Shown here: piece after piece, positions 32,737 to 42,354 of the stretch
Position numbering within the stretch: position 1 is the stretch's first letter
Layout of the letters: every line of letters begins with the position of its first letter
NCBI GenBank assembly: GCA_963733195.1
Contig: CAVTCR010000017.1
Span: forward strand, 1-64,000
Reading direction: 5' to 3'
Length of the DNA: 64,000 bases
Source of the DNA: an uncultured delta proteobacterium
Lineage (GTDB): Bacteria > Desulfobacterota > Binatia > Bin18
Program-made: the position numbers and the translations under genes
The notes under the pieces: generated by a model
Seen by the model: only the letters and a program-made list of their open reading frames with translations
The model's database searches: none
What the model was told of the DNA's origin: nothing

Positions 32737-33396
32737 ATGGTTACCAATCGAACGATCGACAAAGTGATGAGCATGGTGCGTGAAACCTCTGCGTCGTGGA
32801 ATGCACCAGTGGTGACGCAAATGGCCTCGCTTTCGCGCGACCCCTATCAGGTCTTAATTGCGTGTCTGCTGAGTTTGCGAACCAAAGATGAAACCACTGG
32901 CCCTGCTGCGCGTCGCCTGTTCGCTCTGGCGGACACACCTCCGAAGATGCTGACGTTGACGAAAGCCCAGATCGAGCGTGCGATCTATCCGGTGGGATTC
33001 TACAAAACTAAAGCGCAGACCATACTCGATATTTCCCAAGAACTAGTGGACCAGTACAACGGTCGCGTTCCTGACGAGATTGATGAGCTACTAAAGTTTA
33101 AAGGCGTCGGTCGCAAAACTGCCAATCTTGTTGTTACTCAAGGTTTTCAGAAACCAGGGATCTGTGTGGACACTCATGTCCATCGCATTTCAAACCGTTG
33201 GGGCTACGTCGAAACTGAAACCCCTGAAGAGACGGAAATGGCACTGCGCGAAAAGCTTCCGCCCCAATACTGGATCGAGATTAACGACCTCTTAGTAGCG
33301 ATGGGACAAACAATTTGTCACCCTACCTCGCCAAAGTGCAGCCTGTGTCCAATCGAGCGATATTGTGAGAAGGTGGGTGTTGAGCGTAGACGGTGA
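32737..33396 (+). CDS. nth: Endonuclease III
   Basis: HhH GVGRKTAN, VDTHVHR and Cx6Cx2Cx5C Fe-S motif. Confidence 0.95.
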   Translation: MVTNRTIDKVMSMVRETSASWNAPVVTQMASLSRDPYQVLIACLLSLRTKDETTGPAARRLFALADTPPKMLTLTKAQIERAIYPVGFYKTKAQTILDISQELVDQYNGRVPDEIDELLKFKGVGRKTANLVVTQGFQKPGICVDTHVHRISNRWGYVETETPEETEMALREKLPPQYWIEINDLLVAMGQTICHPTSPKCSLCPIERYCEKVGVERRR

Positions 33397-34682
33397 TCGT
33401 CCCCAAAAAAACTGCTAACACACCTTTGGTGAAAGAAAACTCATCTACCCGCACCAAACTGTTCTGGGTCGCCATCCTCTACTTTGCTGAAGGGTTTCCC
33501 TTTGGTCTGCTGATTGACGCCTTTCCGGTGTACTTCCGTGGACTCGGGGTCAGTTTGGCGGACATCGGTCTGCTCTGGCTTGCTGGGCTGCCGTGGACAC
33601 TTAAGTTTCTGTGGGCACCGGCGGTGGACATCTGGGGGAAGCGAAAACATTGGATTGTTACCTGTCAGGCACTCTTGGCGATAGACCTCGGTCTTTTCGT
33701 CTTTCTGGAACCAACGCAGACAAGCGCGACCCTGTGGATGCTCCTCGTTGCGCTTGCGGTTTTTTCGGCAACGCAAGACATCGCCATTGATGCCTATACG
33801 ATCGAACTTCTCGACGAAGAGGAAATGGGACCAGCAAATGGTATTCGTGTCAGTGCCTATCGCGTGGCACTGATTTGTGCGGGTGGACTCTTCGTGGCGC
33901 TCGCTGGTGTAGCAGGAAGAATCCTGTACGGTTCTGAAACATCGGGATGGCGAGTCGCCTTTGCCCTGGCCGTTATACTCTTGGCTGTGATGGCAATGCT
34001 GTCGAGCCGAGCGCCAGAGACCGCTAGAAAACAGCCAGTGAACGAGACCTGGTCTGCAACACTGAAACGCGCGGTGATCCAACCGTTCCGCGGATTCTGG
34101 CAACGATCCGGCGTTATTCAGGTTATGTTCTTTATCTTAATCTTCAAACTTGGTGACATGGCATTGGGGCCGATGGTACGTCCGTTTTGGGTCGATCGCC
34201 ATTTTACGCCTATTCAGATCGGTGCCGTTCCTGGGACAATCGGTGTCGTCAGCACCATCGCCGGTGCACTGTTAGGGGGAAAACTCACACAGAGTTGGGG
34301 GCTCTTTCATGCCTTATGGCTTCTGGGGATTGCGCAGGCCGCATCGAATCTGATGTACGCTACGGCGGCGGCTCTTCCTCCCTCCAATCTACTGATGTAT
34401 AGCGCATCAATTGTGGAGTCCTTCTGCGGAGGTCTTGGCACGGCACCGTTTCTCGCATTCATGATGAGTATTTGTGACAAAACCCAGGCCGCGACGCAGT
34501 ATGCGCTGCTCAGCGCGCTTTTCGGGCTGACGCGGTCTGTCTCTGGTCCTATCTCCGGCTGGATGACAGAGCGGTTTGGGTACGCAACGTACTTCGCCGC
34601 GACGTTCTTTCTCGCCTGGCCTGCGTTTCTGCTGCTGCCGTGGGTGCGGCAGTGGATTAAGGAAACCAAGCCGCGGAGTTAG
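33393..34682 (+). CDS. AmpG-like MFS transporter
   Basis: PWTLKFLWAP, SATQDIAIDAY and ATQYALLS motifs. Confidence 0.88.
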   Translation: MIVPKKTANTPLVKENSSTRTKLFWVAILYFAEGFPFGLLIDAFPVYFRGLGVSLADIGLLWLAGLPWTLKFLWAPAVDIWGKRKHWIVTCQALLAIDLGLFVFLEPTQTSATLWMLLVALAVFSATQDIAIDAYTIELLDEEEMGPANGIRVSAYRVALICAGGLFVALAGVAGRILYGSETSGWRVAFALAVILLAVMAMLSSRAPETARKQPVNETWSATLKRAVIQPFRGFWQRSGVIQVMFFILIFKLGDMALGPMVRPFWVDRHFTPIQIGAVPGTIGVVSTIAGALLGGKLTQSWGLFHALWLLGIAQAASNLMYATAAALPPSNLLMYSASIVESFCGGLGTAPFLAFMMSICDKTQAATQYALLSALFGLTRSVSGPISGWMTERFGYATYFAATFFLAWPAFLLLPWVRQWIKETKPRS

Positions 34683-35371
34683 TGATCTGGGTCGACTTCC
34701 TGGACCCATCCACCGCCAACTCGTTTTCTCCCGGCTCGTTTACGCGGATCTATTTCATCTTGCTCATGAACGGGTGCGTACTCTTTTCGGGCTCGTGGGG
34801 GAGGTTCGTTTCGTTCGGACTTTGGAGAGTAAGTTCGTGATGGAGTGCGATCGTGCGAACGGCGCGCTTCCAAAGGAAGACGAGAAGAGGAACGTGTGGT
34901 CAGGAAGATTTGCGTAAAGAAGAACGTCGTGCCGTTATGGGCAATGCCGATTCCCGTCAGATCGAACTTTCCTTCGATGTTTGCGCGATGACCGGAACTA
35001 TTGAGCCATTCCGCAACCGCCGTGGCCGGCGCGGAAGAAGCCTCGCGATTATTGGTGCCAACATTCTCGGCAAACTGTGTGAACGTGATGACCTTGGTCA
35101 GTGAGTGGCCGCGCGTTTCCGCGCCTTCATGCCCCATCCCAACATAACCCGTTGCCATGTCTCTGCTGTGTCGCCGGGCGACGATCGCTATGTCTTCGCT
35201 ATAATGAAGAGGCTCCAATCCCATTGCGGCACGATGATCATTGACGAGTTCGTGTACCTTTTGCTCAAGTGCAGCCACGTCATCAGCACGGACAATAGGG
35301 CTCCCAATCCCAAACGTGAACAAAACCGATGGAAACAATAAGATACAGAGCCAAGGGATACGGGAAATCAT
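34679..35371 (-). CDS. CAP (SCP) domain exported protein
   Basis: Signal peptide, ARRHSRDM, AENVG and WLNSSGHRANI motifs. Confidence 0.88.
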   Translation of the reverse strand: MISRIPWLCILLFPSVLFTFGIGSPIVRADDVAALEQKVHELVNDHRAAMGLEPLHYSEDIAIVARRHSRDMATGYVGMGHEGAETRGHSLTKVITFTQFAENVGTNNREASSAPATAVAEWLNSSGHRANIEGKFDLTGIGIAHNGTTFFFTQIFLTTRSSSRLPLEARRSHDRTPSRTYSPKSERNEPPPRARKEYAPVHEQDEIDPRKRAGRKRVGGGWVQEVDPDH

Positions 35372-35627
35372 GGTTCTCTCTTGAGCGAAAGCCTCAAGAA
35401 AGCTTAAGGCGCTTGCTACCTATTTTGCAAGACTGGTGATTGTCAGGGAATGGACCAGACGAATCCTCAGCTAGTGGTTTCCGGTTACACAGGAAGGGCG
35501 TCATTTCCATTTTCTTACGGGAATAGTTCTTCTCCTCACCGAGTTGCAAGTGAAAGACACAGATCGATGCTTGGAGCAGGGCCCGTTGTGCGGGTTGAAA
35601 TCCCTCTTGCCGAAGAAAGTCATTGTT

Positions 35628-36272
35628 ATGATCACGATACTCCTCGCTGACGATCATACCCTTGCGCGACAAGGCCTCCGCCGCTTGCTACAGGACTGCA
35701 CCGACCTCAGAGTTATCGGTGAGGCGAGCGATGGTCAAGAGACCCTGCGCGTTGCTCGTCAACTCCAGCCCGATGTCATTCTTCTGGACCTCTCGATGCC
35801 TGGGATGGATGGGATTGAAGCGACTAAACGAATTGTTGATGAAGGATTGAAATCGAAAGTCCTGATTCTCTCTAGGCATGCGAATGAAGAGTATGCTGTC
35901 CGAGTCCTGCAAGCTGGCGCGCGTGGCTTCATTGGGAAAGGTACATCCGGTCAAGTAGTTGCCGAAGCAATTCACAAGGTTATGGCCGGAGGAATTGCTC
36001 TTCCACGCACGTTTGCCGGAGCACTGCCGAAACGATATCTCCGTAAGAGGTCAGAGGACTCCCCTCTCGAAATCCTCTCCGACCGTGAGTTACAAGTACT
36101 CAAACGGCTAGCCGAAGGGCGAACTGGACGCGAGATCGCGCAGGAGCTGGATCTCAGTCCGAAGACTGTAGAAACCTACCGGTCACGTCTGCTTGAGAAG
36201 CTCGATCTCAGCACCACCGCCGATCTTGTCCGCTTTGCCCTGCGGCACGGTGTGATTGTTGATACGTGGTGA
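35628..36272 (+). CDS. NarL/LuxR-family response regulator
   Basis: LADDH, LLDLSMPG and LSDRELQVL HTH. A short histidine-kinase-tail-like remnant lies upstream. Confidence 0.92.
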   Translation: MITILLADDHTLARQGLRRLLQDCTDLRVIGEASDGQETLRVARQLQPDVILLDLSMPGMDGIEATKRIVDEGLKSKVLILSRHANEEYAVRVLQAGARGFIGKGTSGQVVAEAIHKVMAGGIALPRTFAGALPKRYLRKRSEDSPLEILSDRELQVLKRLAEGRTGREIAQELDLSPKTVETYRSRLLEKLDLSTTADLVRFALRHGVIVDTW

Positions 36273-36374
36273 GTTAGAGATAGTGCCGTCTTGACTAAGA
36301 GTTGAGCTAACACCAGAAGCCCGCTACAGTCATCACTGCGGACGTGCACGGCGGACGAGTAGAGAGGAAGTTGT

Positions 36375-36875
36375 ATGGGTGGCAGGAACAGGAACGATGT
36401 CCAGCGTATTAATGACTCAGTGTGGTATAAGGATGCTATCTATGAACTGCATGTGAGGGCATTCTACGATAGCGGTGCCAATGGAGTTGGCAACTTTCGT
36501 GGGTTAACACAAAAACTGGATTACCTGCACGACCTCGGGGTCACGGCGCTGTGGCCCATGCCCTTTTGCCCGTCTCCACTCAAAGATGATGGCTACGACA
36601 TGGCGGATTACACTGATATCCATCCGCTGTACGAGGGTGACAAGGAGAATATCGATGCAATTGAGTTTATGCGTCGCTTCAATACCGAGGTGTATCACCA
36701 TTATCCTGATGTGCAGACGACCGCTGAAGAATCGACCTCCTGGGCTATGGTGTCACGACCGACGTACGTCGGCGGACTCGGTTTTGCATGAAGTGGGACA
36801 TGGGCTGGATGCACGATACCTTGTCGTATCTGGCAGAAGACCGCAATCTACCGAAAATATCGTCACAGTGAGTTA
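36375..36875 (+). pseudogene. TreS N-terminus fused to an internal GlgB fragment (deletion scar)
   Basis: [14 protein letters not shown] (TreS) joined to [29 protein letters not shown] (GlgB). Confidence 0.8.
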
Positions 36876-37171
36876 ACTTCGGCAATGTGACGGTAAACTC
36901 CATCATCTTTCAGTGGTGAAGGCATAGAAGGGAGAAGCCAGATACAGGTGATACCGAGATCGTGGAGATAATCTAGCTTTGTGCTGCGCCGCGAAAGTCG
37001 CCGATGCCGTCGGCGTTGCTATCACAAAATGCGCGAATCGAGAATTCATAGAAGATCGCGTCTTTGTACCATAGCGTGGGCTTGGTCATGGTCATGCCTC
37101 CAACAGACGCGACGTAGGGCTTCCCGCGTAAGCGTCTGGAAAGGCATCGTATCCGGTATCTTGGATGTACC

Positions 37172-37951
37172 CTAACTTATCCGTCGATCGCGAATGGCAG
37201 CGAGGTCTCCATGGATAGCATGAAACGCGCTGAGCAGCGCTGGATCGAAATGCTCGGGTTTTGTCTTTTCGTCGCCGTGTAACAATACCTCCAGCGCGTG
37301 GTCATGATCTAAAGCGGAACGGTATGGACGTGCACAGCGGAGTGCTTCGTAACGTTCGGCTATCATGACAATCCGACCTGCCAAAGGAATCTGCTCGCCT
37401 TTCAACCCCTGTGGGTAGCCGCTGCCGTCCCAGTGTTCATGGTGAGTGAGGATTACTTGCCGGGCGATTTCAAGTAACGGCGACGTCACTCCAGTCACGA
37501 GACTGGTACCGAGGGTGGGATGCATTTCAATGATGGCGCGCTCTTCTTGTTGGAGTCGTCCGGGTTTGAGCAACAGAACGTCAGGAATACCAATCTTCCC
37601 GAGGTCGTACAAAGGAGCAGCTGCATACACCAACTGGACTTGTAGTTCTGGGAGTCCGAGCTGTAATGCCAGTAACATTGAGTATTGGCTCACACGAGTG
37701 AGATGCTCACCGCTATGGTGGTCGCGAAAGTGCAGGGCAGTGGCGATTCGTAAGAGGACTTCATAGATCGCGTGCTCAAAGGCTTGCGCTTTCTGCCGTT
37801 CTGCCTCGAATGCCTTTCTGAGGGTTGTGATGAGCACGTGCAACTGCTGTGAAGTGATTCCGTTAACGTGCTCTAGTTCTTTTTGGACCTGTGACAGTTG
37901 TTGCTGGAGTCCGTCCAACAAGTGGAATAAATTCAGAGGGGAAGGATTCAT
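37172..37951 (-). CDS. HD-GYP domain protein with degenerate active site
   Basis: HHEHWDGSGYP present, but YDLGK replaces HDxGK. N-terminal coiled coil. Confidence 0.85.
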   Translation of the reverse strand: MNPSPLNLFHLLDGLQQQLSQVQKELEHVNGITSQQLHVLITTLRKAFEAERQKAQAFEHAIYEVLLRIATALHFRDHHSGEHLTRVSQYSMLLALQLGLPELQVQLVYAAAPLYDLGKIGIPDVLLLKPGRLQQEERAIIEMHPTLGTSLVTGVTSPLLEIARQVILTHHEHWDGSGYPQGLKGEQIPLAGRIVMIAERYEALRCARPYRSALDHDHALEVLLHGDEKTKPEHFDPALLSAFHAIHGDLAAIRDRRIS

Positions 37952-38192
37952 GCTGGAACTCCTATCTGGAACAAAATGACGAGAAAAGTTGCCGTCTCCT
38001 CTGCGAGGAGTAGGATGCGAAACCTTACTCGTTCTCAATGACGTATCGGGAGAAAGGGGCATTCGTATAAACGAAAGTTCGCCCACTCTAGGCAACCCCT
38101 TTCCGGCTGTGGTAAGCCACCGTAGCGAGCTACTTGTGGCAAGCAACAACTCGGTTGATTCGTAGACACGTACCTATAAGGAGGATGCACCA

Positions 38193-39008
38193 ATGGCGTA
38201 TGAAGCGATTATTTATGAGAAGGTGGAAGAGAAGATTTTCCGTATCACTTTGAATCGTCCGGAAAAGCTCAACGCAATGAGCCGGCAGTTGCTGTCAGAG
38301 TTAGACAGTGCGCTTGATGAGTTCGAGAACAATAACGATGCGAGTGTACTAATTGTTCGTGGCGCTGGACGGGCCTTCTGTGCAGGATATGACCTGGCGC
38401 CGGTCGGTGGTTCTGGAGGTTTTACCGTGACTAGTGACCGTTGGGGATTGCGCAAAATTGTGCAACGTTGGCAACGGCTGTGGAATCTACCCAAACCCAC
38501 TATTGCACAAGTGCATGGCTTTTGTTTGGCAGGAGCTACGGAGTTTGTTGGACACTGTGATCTCGTGTTTGCTTCGGAGGATGCACAGTTTGGTCATCCT
38601 GCAGGCCGTTCACTTGGTGTATTGCCGACACTTTCACTCTGGCCCTATCTCATCGGCATTCGTAAGGCAAAGGAGTATTTCTTCACTGGTGACTCGATGA
38701 CAGCGCAGGAAGCGTTGGACAACGGTCTAATTAATCGTGTTTTCTCTAAAGAGAAGCTCGAAGAGGAGGTGCTGGCCTATGCGCGGCGCGTAGCGATAGT
38801 GCCGGTTGATCTGCTGACATTGCACAAAGCCGCGACCAATCGTTTTGTCGAAATTATGGGCATCTATGCAGCAGAACAGTCAGCGGCAGAATATGATGTC
38901 ATTGCCCATCAGACAGTGACAGTGAAAAATGAAGTGAAGAAAATGGCTGAGCGCGGGCTCAAAGACGCCCTGCGCGATCGCGATAAACCGTTTGCAGGAA
39001 AAAAATAA
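38193..39008 (+). CDS. Enoyl-CoA hydratase/isomerase family protein
   Basis: LNRPEKLNA, AFCAGYDL and KPTIAQVHG motifs. Confidence 0.9.
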   Translation: MAYEAIIYEKVEEKIFRITLNRPEKLNAMSRQLLSELDSALDEFENNNDASVLIVRGAGRAFCAGYDLAPVGGSGGFTVTSDRWGLRKIVQRWQRLWNLPKPTIAQVHGFCLAGATEFVGHCDLVFASEDAQFGHPAGRSLGVLPTLSLWPYLIGIRKAKEYFFTGDSMTAQEALDNGLINRVFSKEKLEEEVLAYARRVAIVPVDLLTLHKAATNRFVEIMGIYAAEQSAAEYDVIAHQTVTVKNEVKKMAERGLKDALRDRDKPFAGKK

Positions 39009-39022
39009 TCAGGAGTGTATCT

Positions 39023-39721
39023 ATGGAAGGACAGGACGGACGCCGCATTTATCTCATGCGCCACGGAGAGACGTTGTACCAATCGCGCGCAGCCGAAGGT
39101 GCGCTGGGGAACGGAGAGTTAACCGAACGTGGGCGTGAGCAAGTCGCTTCCGTCGCGCTTCTTTTTCGGGGCGTACCGATTGACCGTGTGTATGCAAGTC
39201 CTCTGTCTCGTGCACAGGAGACAGCGCAGATCGTCGCCAAGGAAAAAGGGTTAGATGTGTTGGTTTCCAACGACATTCGTGAGATCACCCCTGATGAAGC
39301 CATTGTCTCAAAGCTGGCGCCAGCAGACACATTGCGTGAGGTACAACGCTTCTTCAAAGAGTCGGCGATCAGCTGGGATGAGCCGTATCTCGGCGGGGAA
39401 AGTTTCCGCCAGGTGCAAGAACGCGGCGTCCGGTTTTTCAATTCTTTGATGAGTCAAGACGATTGGCAAACTGCGTTGGTGGTTGCCCACGGTGGCATGA
39501 ACAACGCGCTGCTGGCCTATGTGACCGGTGTGACGAGTGGGCGATTACTGAACATTGAACAAGACTTCGCCTGCATCAATGTGATCGATATCGTGCACGG
39601 GAAGCCAATGTTGCGGTTGGCCAATTTTACTTTGTATGATCAGCTCAAGATCACTTTGCGCGTCCACAGCATTGACCTTATTCTCAAGCTGTTAGTCGAA
39701 CGGGGAATCGTACCGAAGTAA
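39023..39721 (+). CDS. Histidine phosphatase family protein
   Basis: RHGET, SPLSRA and VAHGG motifs. Confidence 0.9.
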   Translation: MEGQDGRRIYLMRHGETLYQSRAAEGALGNGELTERGREQVASVALLFRGVPIDRVYASPLSRAQETAQIVAKEKGLDVLVSNDIREITPDEAIVSKLAPADTLREVQRFFKESAISWDEPYLGGESFRQVQERGVRFFNSLMSQDDWQTALVVAHGGMNNALLAYVTGVTSGRLLNIEQDFACINVIDIVHGKPMLRLANFTLYDQLKITLRVHSIDLILKLLVERGIVPK

Positions 39722-39848
39722 TAAGCCACAAGGCACGAAGAGGGAAACGACGGAAAGGGAAAATGGGGAAAAGGTCTAGGAAGGAGAAACTTCACATGGC
39801 TTTTTGCTTTCCGTTTTCCCTTTCCCCCTTGAATAGAAAGGAGGGCGT

Positions 39849-40460
39849 ATGTTGAGCCTGTACACTTATCCGATGTCTGGTAATGGTCGGAAGGTCCACA
39901 TGTGTCTTGAAGAGATTGGTGCGCAGTACGAAATTTCGCGTATCGATCTTCTCAAAGGCGAACAGAAGAACCCTGACTATCTCAAGCTCAATCCCAATGG
40001 CAAAGTCCCGACCCTAAAAGATGGTAGTTTTATTCTGTGGGAATCGAACGCCATCCTGCTTTATCTGGCGGAGAAGGTTCCGGCGATACAGTTGCTACCG
40101 ACCGATGGGCACGACCGCGCCCGTGTATTTCAGTGGCTGTTGTTTGAACAGACGACTTTCCGCCCACCACTATCGAGCCTCGTGCGCCAGACGCGTTTCA
40201 CACCGTCAGAGCGGCAAGATAAGAACCTTATTGAGCAAACCTGGAACGAAGTCCGTTCGAATATGAGGATTCTGCAGGACGCTCTTGCTGAGCGCGATTA
40301 TATTGGCAAAACCTTCTCGATCGGTGACATGGCAGTGTTGCCCTACATCTATCTCGCTACAGATTTAGGATTAGATATCACTCCGTGGTCGTCTGTCGCC
40401 GCTTATTATAAGCGGCTTTCAGTACGACCAGCATGGCAGAAGGTGATCGGATGGAAATGA
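39849..40460 (+). CDS. Glutathione S-transferase
   Basis: LNPNGKVP and WESNAI motifs. Confidence 0.92.
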   Translation: MLSLYTYPMSGNGRKVHMCLEEIGAQYEISRIDLLKGEQKNPDYLKLNPNGKVPTLKDGSFILWESNAILLYLAEKVPAIQLLPTDGHDRARVFQWLLFEQTTFRPPLSSLVRQTRFTPSERQDKNLIEQTWNEVRSNMRILQDALAERDYIGKTFSIGDMAVLPYIYLATDLGLDITPWSSVAAYYKRLSVRPAWQKVIGWK

Positions 40461-40570
40461 TTGCCACGGTGTTTTCTGCTGCTTCCTTCTGAGTCTGTTT
40501 AAAAAACGTTGAAAATTCAATAGATTTTTCACTTCTTTTGCAGCTAACAAAATAACTCCAAAAATTTTTC

Positions 40571-40614
40571 TTGACTTCATTTCAAGCGTGACTTATGTAG
40601 TCAAATTAGACTAC
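40571..40614 (+). promoter_or_regulatory. Putative padR promoter with palindromic operator
   Basis: -35-like TTGACT at 40571-40576; GTAGTC-N6-GACTAC at 40597-40614. Confidence 0.6.
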
Positions 40615-40632
40615 TCTGAAGAAAGTAATTCA

Positions 40633-41223
40633 GTGAGCGTTCAACTCGTCATCCTTGGTCTACTTTCGGAAAAGCCACGCCACGGCTACGAACTTCGTCA
40701 AGAAGTCGAACGCCGACTCTACGCGACCTACATGAACCTCAGTGGGGGTTCGCTTTATTACAACCTCGGGCGGTTAGAACGAGCCGGGTATGTTGAGAAA
40801 ACCCGTGTTGAGCAGAACGGTCGTTACCCTGCCCGCCGAATCTATCAGATCACTCCAGACGGAGCTGTCCATTTCCGTACCGAACTGCGGAAACTTTTAT
40901 TTGACGTCGAGGGGCGAGAAAAGGTATTTGACCCTTTTAATACCGCACTCGCCTTTGGCCATTTTGTTGATGAAGAGGAACTTCGCGAAGCGGTGACCGC
41001 GCAGCTCAAATGGGCGCAAGAACGTGTGGCGTGGATTCGTACGCAGCAGGAGTTCTGGCAATCTCAGGAAATCTCCTTTGCACAGGGAAAAATTATCGAA
41101 CATGGGCTGGCACACTATGAAGCAGAAATTCGCTGGTTGCAGCACTTTCTGCGTGACCTTGATGTCCGTGAAATGAAGGCACTGAAGCAAGAGCCCAGAG
41201 CCAGCGTCTCTAAAATAAAATAG
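40633..41223 (+). CDS. PadR-family transcriptional regulator
   Basis: ILGLL..PRHGYEL, GSLYYNLGRLE and RRIYQIT motifs. Confidence 0.92.
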   Translation: MSVQLVILGLLSEKPRHGYELRQEVERRLYATYMNLSGGSLYYNLGRLERAGYVEKTRVEQNGRYPARRIYQITPDGAVHFRTELRKLLFDVEGREKVFDPFNTALAFGHFVDEEELREAVTAQLKWAQERVAWIRTQQEFWQSQEISFAQGKIIEHGLAHYEAEIRWLQHFLRDLDVREMKALKQEPRASVSKIK

Positions 41224-41257
41224 AAGAGCAAATTTGTCTTAATAGGAGGAACTCATT

Positions 41258-41911
41258 GTGGAAGGTCAACAAGGATTAAGCGTACTCGATATGATTCAAC
41301 AGGGGTGGTACATCACCTACCCCTTAATCGTGATTTCGATCATCACTATCACGGTGATTTGTGAGCGACTCTGGGCGCTCCGGGGGCTAATCGGTGGCAC
41401 TCTGCGTGTCGCAGGAGGGTTAGTCGGTAGATTGCAAAAGGGCGATTTCAAGGGGGCACTGACGTCGGCACAGCAGGACAAGACCGCGCCTGCCGCGCGA
41501 ATCTTCCGCGATGTCATTTCTCAGCAAGACGGGGAATCGCTTGAGTATCTTTCCGAGATCGTCGAAGACCGTCGGTTTGAGGAGATCGATGCCCTTAAAG
41601 GAGCGATTTGGATTCTCGGCACTGTCGCGGTGAGCGCCCCGTTTATCGGGCTGTTGGGAACCGTAGTTGGTATCATTAAGTCATTCCACAGCATGTCGGT
41701 CACTGGCAGTGGCGGGTTCACCGTGGTTGCTGGTGGTATCTCGGAAGCGTTGATCGCCACCGCCCTGGGGTTGGCCGTCGCCATCATCGCGGTCATTTTT
41801 TACAACTACTTTCAGACCAAGCTCGAACGCATTGAGTCAGCGATGACGATCGCGTCTGACCGCGTGCTGGAAGCGATTCGCATGGGGAGGAAAGCTCATG
41901 GGAATGTCTAG
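41258..41911 (+). CDS. MotA/TolQ/ExbB proton-channel protein 1
   Basis: APFIGLLGTVVG and GISEALIATALGL motifs. Confidence 0.93.
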   Translation: MEGQQGLSVLDMIQQGWYITYPLIVISIITITVICERLWALRGLIGGTLRVAGGLVGRLQKGDFKGALTSAQQDKTAPAARIFRDVISQQDGESLEYLSEIVEDRRFEEIDALKGAIWILGTVAVSAPFIGLLGTVVGIIKSFHSMSVTGSGGFTVVAGGISEALIATALGLAVAIIAVIFYNYFQTKLERIESAMTIASDRVLEAIRMGRKAHGNV

Positions 41912-42320
41912 CCCACGCAAGAAAAAAGGCAGCAGTTCGGCCATCATGGCCGAGATTAACATCACCCCGCTGACTGACGTCTTCTTGGTGCTGTTGATTA
42001 TTTTCATGGTTACCAGCGTGGCTATGGTGCAGTCGGGCGCCAACATCAATCTGCCAGAGGTGGAAGAGACCAAGTCAGAACCTCGACAGATTGTGATTAC
42101 CGTCACACCCAAGAAAGAAGTGTTCATCAACAACACCCCAGTATCGCTGGCCGACCTGGAAGGATTCCTCCGTCCTCTGATTCTGGCGCAACCAGACATC
42201 CCGGTTGTATTAGAGGGGGATAAGGAGGTGTTGATGGGAGACGCAGTGCAAATTCTTGCCGTCGCCCAAAGAGCTGGGGCAAAAACTATCGCGGTTGCTT
42301 CTGAAAAAAGGTCAAGTTGA
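41898..42320 (+). CDS. ExbD/TolR protein 1
   Basis: EINITPLTDVFLVLLIIFMV, with the conserved Asp. Confidence 0.93.
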   Translation: MGMSSPRKKKGSSSAIMAEINITPLTDVFLVLLIIFMVTSVAMVQSGANINLPEVEETKSEPRQIVITVTPKKEVFINNTPVSLADLEGFLRPLILAQPDIPVVLEGDKEVLMGDAVQILAVAQRAGAKTIAVASEKRSS

Positions 42321-42354
42321 TGCCTGCAATGTCAGAGGGAAAAACAGGTGACCT

